64,000 nucleotides of DNA from Macrostomum lignano (lineage: Eukaryota): assembly GCA_002269645.1 (NCBI GenBank), contig NIVC01000012.1, positions 1,364,001 to 1,428,000 on the forward strand, given 5' to 3'. Below the pieces are notes generated by a model. That model searched no databases and was not told the origin of the DNA. It saw only the letters and a program-made list of their open reading frames with translations. The position numbers and the translations under genes are program-made. Positions 35,121 through 47,100 of the stretch are shown here, piece by piece; position 1 is the first letter of the stretch, and the number at the start of each line of letters is the position of its first letter.

Positions 35121-38100
35121 TTAAGCGTCAGTGACGCCTTGCATCCAACGGCCCCGTGATAGTGTGGCGAACATCGCTGCTCCACTGCTAGCATCAACTG
35201 AAGCTTGTTGCTGCTGCTGCTGCTGCTGCTGCCAAGGTGCGTTCGACGAGCCAACTCTGCCGCCAGAGCCAGAAGAGTTGGCAACACCGCTGCCACTACC
35301 GGTGCCACCGCCGCCGCCGCTGCCGCTGCCGCTGCCGCCAGTGTTGGCGGGCGACTCCGAGCTGTCTAACTTGATGGCCAATGGGCGAGGACTGCCGCCC
35401 TGTTGAGACTTGGATCGCGGGCGTAGCCTGCGCGAGTTTGGAAAGTGCTCACAGTCAGAGTTTTTTGCGGCGCATTGTTGTGCCAATAGAAACCAAGACT
35501 TGCCATAGCAGTGACGTCATTTTTTATTATTAGAAAAAGCAGTTGACAAAGCAGTGACGTCATTTTCTAGTATTAGAAAAAGCACTTGACAAAGCAGTGA
35601 CGTCATTTTCTATTATTAGAAACTAGAATCAACTTCTATAATTAGAAAGTACTGTTTCATTTTGACATCTAATTGATGGCTAACTACGAGCTAGCAGAAT
35701 ATAGCAGTTATATTTTCTCATAATATAATAGGTACATGATTTTTCGTTCAGAATTTAACTATAGCAACTTTAAAGTAGCCGTTGTTAAACATTTTCGATT
35801 TTCGGGATAAATTTGCTATATATTAGCAACAATTAAAGGATAAGTATAGCTATTTACATGTAACATACAGTAAGTTGTAATTGTGAAGGCAGTGATTCCT
35901 CGTGATGCACAGGCGATAGTAACGGCATAAATATTGTACACGAACCAGAATCATTTCAAGGCATCGGCACATCAAGGCACATTTAGATAAATTATATAAA
36001 AATTTAAACCAATTCCATTGGTTGTTGAATAAAGTCTGTTAAAATCGGAATTTCTACGTAACAAATATTAGCTATTAATATGTAAACGTGCAAATGGCAC
36101 ACAGAGTAGTCTATTATATGATCCACGTACCTGGCACGAACGCTGATTGATCTGGATGATTTAGCATTTAGTAATTAGTAGCCAGTTAGTTGACAATGTC
36201 AATAATATTAGCTATTCATATACATAACGCTATAAGTGCAAACAGTTGGGACGAAAAATAACAAAAACGAATTAAAGTTCAACTAATTTAAACAAATAAT
36301 TAAGGGTAATAAACTATGGAATAGAAGATTTTCGAAGGAAATAATTTATGCAACTTGAACAATACTAGTTTAGTCTCTTTCGGTTGACTTCTATTCTTTA
36401 GATGTTGACTCGCAGTTAGTAAAATTTGACACAAAAATTAAGAGGTTGACCCAAATGTCGAAGATGTTGACCCAAATGTAAGAGAGGTTGACCCAAATTT
36501 AGAAGATGTTGACCCAAATGTAGGAGAGGTTGACCCAAAGTTAGCAGAAGTTGACCCAAAGTCAGCAGAGGTTGACCCAAAGTCAGCAGAAGTTGACCCA
36601 AAGTCAGCAGAAGTTGACCCAAAGTCAGTAGAGGTTGACCCAAAGTCAGCAGAAGTTGACCCAAAGTCAGCAGAGGTTGACCCAAAGTTAGCAGAAGTTG
36701 ACCCAAAGTCAGCAGAAGTTAACCCAAAGTCAGCAGAGGTTGACCCAAAGTTAGCAGAAGTTGACCCAAAGTCAGCAGAAGTTGACCCAAAGTCAGCAGA
36801 GGTTGACCCAAAGTTAGCAGAAGTTGACCCAAAGTCAGCAGAAGTTGACCCAAAGTCAGCAGAGGTTGACCCAAAGTCAGCAGAAGTTGACCCAAAGTCA
36901 GCAGAGGTTGACCCTAAGTCAGCAGAGGTTGACCCAAAGTCAGCAGAAGTTGACCCAAAGTCAGCAGAGGTTGTGACCCAAAGTCAGTATAGAAACCTTA
37001 TCATCATTTATTGTCAACGCAGGTCTCAATAAAGCAATTATAGTCCGATCTTTGTTTCATTCAAATTCTAACTTACCTAAAAAGACCCTTAAGGAAACTT
37101 TTTCGACTGCCGCCGCTTTGTTTCGCAGTCGACGACGCGCTCGAGGGTCCAGCGGCGGTGGCGGAGGCGGCGGTGGCTGGCTGCGACAAAGGTTGACCAA
37201 CTGAGGCTGTCGTTGAGGCACCAGATGCGTGCCCTAAAGATTGTTTCTGTTGTTGCATCTTCTGTTGCTGCTGCTGCTGCTGCTGTTGTTGTAGCTGGCG
37301 ATGCCGAGGCGGTGCCACCACAATGGCGCGTTCGTAGTCGCCACTGCCGCAGCTGTCGGAATCATTATCGGCGTCGGCGTCTTCAATAGACGAGACAATG
37401 GACGGAGAAGAAGTGGAGGCGGCCGGCGGTGGAGCGTTGTGAGACCGGCGTGAGGGGCCACCTGCGGGGCAAGTGTGAGAGTTGAAGAGGGGAGATGTTG
37501 GAAATTTATGTCAATCACATTCCAGATTCGTTATTAAAGAGAATATGAGAGGAAAATCTATGCGAATCTCTCTGTCTGAGATGAGATATCTATGAAGATC
37601 TCTGCCTGGGATGAGATATCTATGAGGATCTCTGCCTGGGATGAGATATCTATGAGGATCTCTCTGTCTGGGATGAGATATCTATGAGGATCTCTCTGTC
37701 TGGGATGAGATATCTATGAGGATCTCTCTGTCTGGGATGAGATATCTATGAGGATCTCTCTGTCTGGGATGAGATATCTATGAGGATCTCTATCTGAGAT
37801 GAGATATCTATGAGGATCTCTCTGTCTGGGATGAGATATCTATGAGGATCTCTCTGTCTGGGATGAGATATCTATGAAGATCTCTGCCTGGGATGAGATA
37901 TCTATGAGAATCTCTCTGTCTGGGGTGAGATATCTACATAATCTTAATCTCATAAAAGTAGATACACGAGAATCTTAATCTCATAGAAATAGACACATGA
38001 GAATCTTAATCTCATGGAAATAGACACATGAGAATCTTAATCTCATGGAAATAGACACATGAGAATCTTAATCTCATAGAAATAGACACACGAGAATCTT

Positions 38101-41100
38101 AATCTCATGGAAATAGACACATGAGAATATTAATCTCATAGAAATAGACACACGAGAATCTTAATCTCATGGAAATAGACACATGAGAATATTAATCTCA
38201 TAGAAATAGACACATGAGAATCTTAATCTCATAGAAATAGACACATGAGAATATTAATCTCATAGAAATAGACACATGAGAATCTTAATCTCATGGAAAT
38301 AGACACATGAGAATCTTAATCTCATGGAAATAGACACATGAGAATCTTAATCTCATGGAAATAGACACATGAGAATATTAATCTCATGGAAATAGACACA
38401 TGAGAATATTAATCTCATGGAAATAGACACATGAGAATCTTAATCTCATGGAAATAGACACATGAGAATCACACCTCAATGGATCAGGCTTAATGGAAAT
38501 TAAAGTTCCAGCTAAAAAATCATAAATAATGAATTAATTAATAAGTGAGAATCTGACCAAAGCAGAGCAAACAGGAAAAGTTCCGAAAGCCCGTACCGCC
38601 ACCAATAGATAAACAATTGACCGGAAATCCGGCAGAACCCGGCGTCGAATCGAACATGTCAGTCGGCTTACGTCGCTCGCGTAAAGATCTCTGGCCAAAA
38701 CTTCGACGACCAAGTACGCCTGCTACTGGCTTGGACGTCGCCGCTAGGTTGAAGCAGCCTCCTTCGACATCGTTTGTTGCTAACCAGGGTTGGCCAGCGA
38801 CTCCTTGGCTGTAATGACATGAAATTCATGTAATTAATTATATAAATTTTTAGGCAATTGTTGATTGTTATAATTTGATACTTGCTAAGTTCAGAGCTAT
38901 AATGCAAATAGATGAGAGATGGGTGAGATTTCCAATCCAAAACTCTATGGGTCAGATTCGCAGCTCATCTAAGTCTATGGATGAGATTCCCAGCTCACCT
39001 AAAATCTAGAGGGGTGAGATTCCCAGCTCCCCTAAATATATGGGTGAGATTCCCTACCCTTAAATCTATGGGCGAGATGGATTATGATTAGATAAGAGAT
39101 TACAGTTGAAAAATTAAATAGATCCGAGTACTTATATCTAAACAGGTAGATGAAAGCTAGATTAAAAGTACATTCGGTAAAGAAATCTGGATAAGTACAT
39201 CAATCAGTTAGACTAAAATTGCGGAGCTAAAATTGTCTACTAATAAATTTTCTGTCTCAATAAGCTAATTAGCTAACTGAAAGTCTAAAACAGTTTGGGG
39301 CATCAAAGAAAAGTACATCTGCGCTAGTTAAAGTCTGGGCGGCAATCCGCTAAACCCCGTTACAGTTTCGAGACAAAAAGCTGGTTTCGATCGAAGCTAA
39401 ACGTCGCCTTAAACTCCCGGATTGGCAGAAGGCTTTACAAGGAGGGGTTGGGGTGGCACAGAAGCAGAACGCTTGCAGCGGCAAAAGAAGAAGAAAAAGA
39501 GAAAAAATGCAACAAGAAGCCACTAGCGCAGACAAATAAAGGCTTAGGGGAACAAAAATAAATGGGGATATTGGGGGGGGGGGCCTCGAGCTAGCTAAAT
39601 ACTGTTTGACAGAAAAATTCGGACAGTTGGCATTCAGCCGTCCTTGGCAACAACTTTGTAACCTTCCTCAAGCCGAAGCCTTGATATTCCTGTATACAGA
39701 TGGTATTCCCCACTTGCCCCGGGCGAACGTCTATGGTCTTAGTGTAAATTTCATATATACTATAGCTTGGCCATAGACTATCGCTGCCTATTTAACACAC
39801 TCAGCTAAAAAAGTAATTACGAATTAATTACCCCTGCTGCTGATGTTGCAGTTTTTGCATTAGCAATTGTTGCAGGTTGTCCACTGAGCAGGAGCCTCGA
39901 TGGCTGAGCTGGGCAGGGCCGACTCCAGATGAAGTCTTTGCTGACGTCTTTGTTGGAGACTGGAAAGACTGAAATGTGCTGAGCGGCCAGCCACTGTTGT
40001 TCGGCTGCAATGCGAGAGGGGAGGGCAGGCCTTTGAAAACGCTATAAAAATGCATGCAGTCTTCACCCTGGCAGTGGGTTCTGTTACTCCCGATAAATAT
40101 TTGGCGGTACCCAGCTACTGACACTCTGAGAGACTGGCGGTACCCAGCAACTGAGGATCTTAAAGGGTGGCCCAGCAACTGAGGATCTTAGAGGCTGGCC
40201 CAGCAACTGAGGATCTTAGAGGCTGGCCCAGCAACTGAGGATCTGAGAGGCTGGCCCAGCAACTGAGAGGCTGGCCCAGCAACTGAGGATCTTAAAGGGT
40301 GGCCCAGCAACCGAGGATCTTAGAGGCTGGCCCAGCAACCGAGGATCTTAGAGGCTGGCCCAGCAACTGAGGATCTGGGAGGCTGGCCCAGCAACTGAGA
40401 ACCTGGGAGGCTGGCCCAGCAACTGACACTCTGGGAGGCTGGCCCAAAAACGGAGGATTTGGAAGGTCGGTGGTTGAAGAGGCGGAGACAATGGTCAGGC
40501 GGAGTCGAAACGAAGTTGCAACAACAAGCAAACAACTTTGACAGTCTTCAACAGCTGCAAAAATACTCCCGAGGGAAGAACAGCCGCCTACAGTAGTAGC
40601 AATATATAATTTTTATCTGTCGCGCTTGCTTATTGACAGCCAGCCAGTAATGACTGTCTCTCTCTCTCTCTCACTGTCTCTACCCTTCGCCATCTCAATC
40701 TACACAGCTACAGAGCCCCTATTTACTGTGCCGAAATTCCCTACCCAGTGGACTTGACTGCGGGGCCTGTTTGGGCGAGTCCAGTTGCTCGAACTCCACC
40801 CTGCGCTCCTTAATTTGATAATGGAGCACCGCCTCACGCGCCGAGATTTCTGCACTGGCCAACCTAGCCAGTATATCCCCTTATTCAAGCATATATATGT
40901 ACTCGTATGATCTAGCAATGCGGAGTCCAATGCCAATATATATGAATATACAAGTCAACAAAAGTCCTATCTAAATCCTACATTAAGAAACCATCGTATC
41001 CGCAATAATAATTGATTGATCAGGCGAGGTCGCGACCTCAATAAATTAACAGTTCCGTGTCTGTATCGTGCCCTAACCTGAGAAGATATTTGGTTATTTT

Positions 41101-44100
41101 TAGTCTAGCATCAGCTATATGAGTTAAAACCCTTCCCATGGCTTTACATATGTTTTAAAAGTCTTCAAAAGCACACACACAAGTATATGTGGTTCATGAT
41201 AATCATGATAAGGTGAGTCATGATCCACCTCACAGGATCTATAGCTGTGACTCATGACCTACTTCACTACTAACCGTGAGTCATGACCAGCCTCACAACA
41301 AACCGTGAGTCATGACCCGCCTCACAACAAACTGTGAGTCATGACCACCCGCCTCACAACAAACTGTGAGTCATGACCACCCGCCTCACAACAAACCGTG
41401 AGTCATGACCCGCCTCACAACAAACCGTGAGTCATGACCATCATCACAACTAACCGTGAGTCATGACCCGCTTCACAACAAACCGTGAGTCATGACCCGC
41501 CTCACAACAAACCGTGAGTCATGACCAGCCTCACAACTAACCGTGAGTCATGACCCGCCTCACAACAAACCGTGAGTCATGACCAGCCTCACAACTAACC
41601 GTGAGTCATGACCCGCCTCACAACTAACCGTGAGTCATGACCCGCCTCACAACAAACCGTGAGTCATGACCCGCCTCACAACAAACCGTGAGTCATGACC
41701 CGCCTCACAACAAACCGTGAGTCATGACCCGCCTCACAACAAACCGTGAGTCATGACCAGCCTCACAACAAACCGTGAGTCATGACCCGCCTCACAACTA
41801 ACCGTGAGTCATGACCCGCCTCACAACAAACCGTGAGTCATGACCCGCCTCACAACTAACCGTGAGTCATGACCCGCCTCACAACTAACCGTGAGTCATG
41901 ACCCGCCTCACAACTAACCGTGAGTCATGACCCGCCTCACAACTAACCGTGAGTCATGACCCGCCTCACAACTAACCGTGAGTCATGACCAGCCTCACAA
42001 CTAACCGGGAGTCATGACACTCCAGCAGGTGGCCACATACCGATATCAGCATCCCGTGACCCTGCTGGACGTTCTCGTCCGGTGAACCGCCAGGCCCGCT
42101 AGCGGCGATGTTCAAGCGGCCAAATCCGTCCTCTGACACGGTAGACATTGCCGCAGCTTCAGCTGGTGGATTCAACGAAGCAGGCAGCTGGTGTACATCT
42201 GCGCTAACTGTCACACTACCGCTGCTGCTGATACTGTCGGCTGCTGGCTGATGTTGATGCTGATGCATAGCCTGATTCCGTGGATGAGGCAGTTGCCTAG
42301 CAACCACTAGACGAACTCGACCACCTGTGGACCCGTGTCGAATAGCTCGCCTAAGCGTTGCCATGGCCTCGGCTCCGGCGATGCCTTCCAGCGAGCAGCC
42401 ATTCACTGACAGCAGCTGGTCCGACTCGCGGAGTCGGCCGTCCTGGTTTTGGGGAGTAGGGTGAACCGGGGAAGTTACCAGATTAACAGATGAAGTGACC
42501 AGCATACGGGTGTTTATAAGGCTAAATGGCAACATGGGAGAGGATACTGACTAGCAGGGGTAAGACACAAGGTAGCAGGTTAGAGACGCAGGGTAACAGG
42601 AAAGATACAGGGGAACAGGGAAGACACAGGGGAACAGGGGAAGACACAGGATAGCAGGGGAGGACACAGGGGAACAGGGGAAGACACGGGGGAACAATGG
42701 AAGGCACAGGGGAACAGAGGAAGACACAGGGGAACAGGGGAAGACACAGGGAACAGGGGAAGACACGGGGGAACAGGGGAAGACACAGGGGAACAGGGGA
42801 AGACACAGGAGACAGGGGAAGACACAGGAGAACAGGAGAAGACGCAGGGGAACAGGGGAGGACACATGGGGAACAGGGGAAGACACGGGGGAACAGGGGA
42901 AGACAGGGTAAAAAGAGAAGACACAGGAGAACAGGAGAAGACGCAGGGGAACAGGGGAAGACACGGGGGAACAGGGGAAGGAACAGGGAAAAGAATTTCT
43001 TATACCCTATGGGCGGCTCCGCCAGAAATGACAGTCCGCACAAAAACGCCCGCCCCATTGCAGCCGGCCATTTTGTCCGCGCCGCCGCCGCCGCCGCCGC
43101 CGCCGTCTTGGCCGACTTCATCGCCCGTGCGGATGCTGACGCCGAGACCTCCGCCGCCGCCTCCACCTCCGCCTCCGCCGCCCCCGGCTTCAACAGCCAG
43201 CGGAATGTCCAGCTCCAGAAGACAGCGGTCCACAGAAAGAAATTTCGACGCTCCGGTGGCAGCAGCTGCCGTTGATGAAGATCGCGGATCGCCAGAATTG
43301 TCAGAGTTGGCCGAATTTGGCTGCAAAAAGTCAGATGAGTTGAATCTGTTCAACCCACTGTCCGCCCCATGACTGTGCGTTGAACAGGAACCCAGGATCG
43401 ACAGGAACGCAGGAATTTCGATCCCAAATTCAGGGGCTTAAATGATCCCGAATCCAGGGATTTTGATGATCCCGAATCCAGGGATTCTGATGATCCCGAA
43501 TCCAGGGATTTTTATGATCCCGAATCCAGGGATTTCGATGATCCCGAATCCAGGGATTTCGATGATCCCGAATCCAGGGATTTCGATGATCCCGAATCCG
43601 GGGATTTTGATGATCCTGAATCTAGGGATTTGGTGATCCCGAATCCAGGGATTTCGATGATCCCGAATCCAGGGATTTCGATGATCCCGAATCCAGGGAT
43701 TTCGATGATCCCGAATCCAGGGATTTCGATGATCCCGAATCCAGGGATTTCAGTGATCCCGAATCCAAGGATTTCGGTGATCCCGAATCCAGGGATTTCG
43801 GTGATCCCGAATCTATCCGAATCCAAAGATTTTGATGATTCCGAATCCATGGACTTCAATCTCAAATCCTTGGACTTCAATCCCAAATCCATGGACTTCA
43901 ATCCCGAATCCATGGACTTCAATCCCAAATGGACTTCAATCCCGAATCCATGGACTTCAATCCCAAATGGACTTCAATCCCGAATCCATGGACTTCAATC
44001 CCGAATCCAGGGACTTCAATGTCGAATCCATGGACTTCAATCCCAAATGGACTTCAATTCCGAATCCAGGGACTTCAATCCCAAATGGACTTCAATTCCG

Positions 44101-47100
44101 AATCCAGGGACTTCAATCCCGAATCAACCGATAGACAGGAAGTTATTTTAAGAACTCCGCCGTCCCATTTGTGTATGTATCTTTCTAGATATTTCTCGGA
44201 AGATATTGAAAGGAAAAAATCCTCCCCCCACAACTCGTGTGGGCGTCTTACGGCATAGAGCTGGTCCATGCATATTATTCCATATTTAATATGTTATATA
44301 TATATATACGGATAGATTTACAAGCGCAGACTCCAGCCAGAGTCCCAGCTTAAACTGCCCAGAGACTAGGCTCAGAAGTATAGGGGGGGGGGGGTTGCGG
44401 GGGATGGCGCTTCTGCCTCAAAACATCTGCCGCAGTTCCCTGGAGAGCTGCTCTGTCCCTATGGGTATAGTGCTATTCAGTCTAAACTAACTCCTTGCTC
44501 AGCCTTTGCATTAATGATTGTCCATGATGACGTATATAAATAAATATGACGTAAGTGAAGTGAAACACTTTTTGTGATGTGAGAGCTATAGATATAGCGA
44601 ATTCGTGCAGTAAATGGTTCTAAAGTTATGACGCTAGAATCATGTAAATGACGCTAGAATCATGTAAATGACGCTAGAATCATGTAAATGACGCTAGAAT
44701 CATGTAAATGACGCTAGAATCATGTAAATGACGCTAGAATCATGTAAATGACGCTAGAATCATGTAAATGACGCTAGAATCATGTAAATGACGCTAGAAT
44801 CATGTAAATGACGCTAGAATCATGTAAATGACGCTAGAATCATGTAAATGACGCTAGAATCATGTAAATGACGCTGGAACCATGTAAATGACTCTACAAT
44901 AATGTATATGATTCTAAAGTCATGTAAACGATGCTAAAATCATGTGAATGATGCTACGGTCATGTAAATGACGGTAAAATTATGTATATTACTCTAGAAT
45001 AATGTAAATAACTCGAAAATCATTTAAATGACGCTAGAATCATGTAAATGACGCTAGAATCATGTAAATGATTTTAGAATCATGTAAATGACGCTAGAAT
45101 CATGTAAATGACGTTAGAATTATGTATATTACTCTAGAATAATGTAAATAACACGAAAATAATGTAAATAATGCTAAAGTCATGTATTTGGTTCTAAAAT
45201 CATGTAAATTATTCTAAGTTCATGTAAATAATGTTCAAATTATGTAACTGATACTGAAACATATAACTATAGCCTTAAGACTATGCCAATGACCGCCTAA
45301 AAAATTAAACGAATTTAGAATATCGGCTATTCGTATCCGATTTGGGTGGGGACTGGGGGATCAGAACGCAGTGTGGGAAGTACATTGGCTTAGACCAACT
45401 AGCTGGAGTCGATTAACGGGCATCCAGCGCTTATATTTTTTGCTTTCTCCACTATCAATGAGTATCAATGGGTTGCAGTATTGGGACTGCAATTTCCCTG
45501 TGTCGTTCACTTCGAGAGCCTATAGCTATACACTATGGATCATCCTAGTGAACCTCGGCTACTAACTAGCTAACCAGAACAAGAGACGCTAATAGGGGAG
45601 AGGAACAGGAAGGAAGCGGAGTAGCTCGTAGGCAGTGGCTTATAAGCAGAGAAAATGAGAGCAGTTTTAGGGCTACGATAGGGGGTGACTTCTGCTTGAT
45701 TATTTCTGGCACGAGACTGCGATTCCCATTAGACCGCCAGCTATCTGCGTGTAGTCAAACTGAGTCTGCACTTTACTGTCCTTTGTGCAGTACTCTAGTG
45801 CCGACACACTCACTGTGTCAGAGGCGTTTGCGTATAATGATCACTCCTTTGTTTTACAATCAATGCCAACTGGAACTTAATGAGGCAACAAATGAAAATA
45901 GTTCTTGACAAAGACAATGATATCAAATTGTTTTCTAAGCTTGCAGTTTTAAGGGCAGTTTGGAGAGGAGAGGAGAGGAGAGGAGAGAATAGGAGAGGAG
46001 AGGAGAGGAGAGGAGAGGAGAGGAGAGGAGAGGACAGGAGAGGGGAGGAGAGGAGAGGAGAGGAGAGGAGTGGAGAGAAGAGGAGAGGAGAGGAGAGGAG
46101 AGGAGAGGAGAGGAGAGGAGAGGAGAGGAGAGGAGAGGAGAGGACAGGAGTGGAGAGGAGAGGAGAGGAGAGGAGAGGAGAGGAGAGGAGAGGAGAGGAG
46201 AGGAGAGGAGAGGACAGGAGAGGACAGGAGAGGGAGAGGAGAGGAGAGGAGAGGAGAGGAGTGGAGAGGAGAGGAGAGGAGAGGAGAGGAGAGGAGAGGA
46301 GAGGAGAGGAGAGGATAGGACAGGATAGGATAGGATAGGATAGGAGAGGAGAGGAGAGGAGAGGAGAGGAGAGGAGAGGAGAGGAGAGGAGAGGACAGGA
46401 GAGGGGAGAGGAGAGGAGAGGAGAGGAGAGGAGTGGAGAGGAGAGGAGAGGAGAGGAGAGGAGAGGAGAGGAGAGGAGAGGAGAGGAGAGGAGAGGACAG
46501 GAGTGGAGAGGAGAGGAGAGGAGAGGAGAGGAGAGGAGAGGAGAGGAGAGGAGAGGAGAGGAGAGGACAGGAGAGGACAGGAGAGGGAGAGGAGAGGAGA
46601 GGAGAGGAGAGGAGTGGAGAGGAGAGGAGAGGAGAGGAGAGGAGAGGAGTGGAGAGGAGAGGAGAGGAGAGGAGAGGAGAGGAGAGAGAGGAGAGGAGAG
46701 GAGAGGAGAGGAGAGGAGAGGAGAGGAGAGGATAGGACAGGATAGGATAGGATAGGATAGGAGAGGAGAGGAGAGGATAGGATAGGATAGGAGAGGAGAG
46801 GAGAGGAGAGGAGAGGAGAGGAGAGGAGAGGAGAGGAGAGGAGAGGACAGGAGAGGGGAGAGGAGAGGAGAGGAGAGGAGAGGAGTGGAGAGGACAGGAC
46901 AGGATAGGATAGGATAGGAGAGGAGAGGAGAGGAGAGGAGAGGAGAGGAGAGGAGAGGAGAGGAGAGGAGAGGAGAGGAGAGGACAGGAGAGGGGAGAGG
47001 AGAGGAGAGGAGAGGAGAGGAGTGGAGAGGACAGGACAGGATAGGATAGGATAGGAGAGGAGAGGAGAGGAGAGGAGAGGAGAGGAGAGGAGAGGAGAGG

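Noticed and set aside
36416-44269. Repeat-encoded ORFs (LGQLLLT, PCLPLFP, IPNPGIS, MDFNPES)
   Set aside because: Products of intronic minisatellites; no splice context or domain content.
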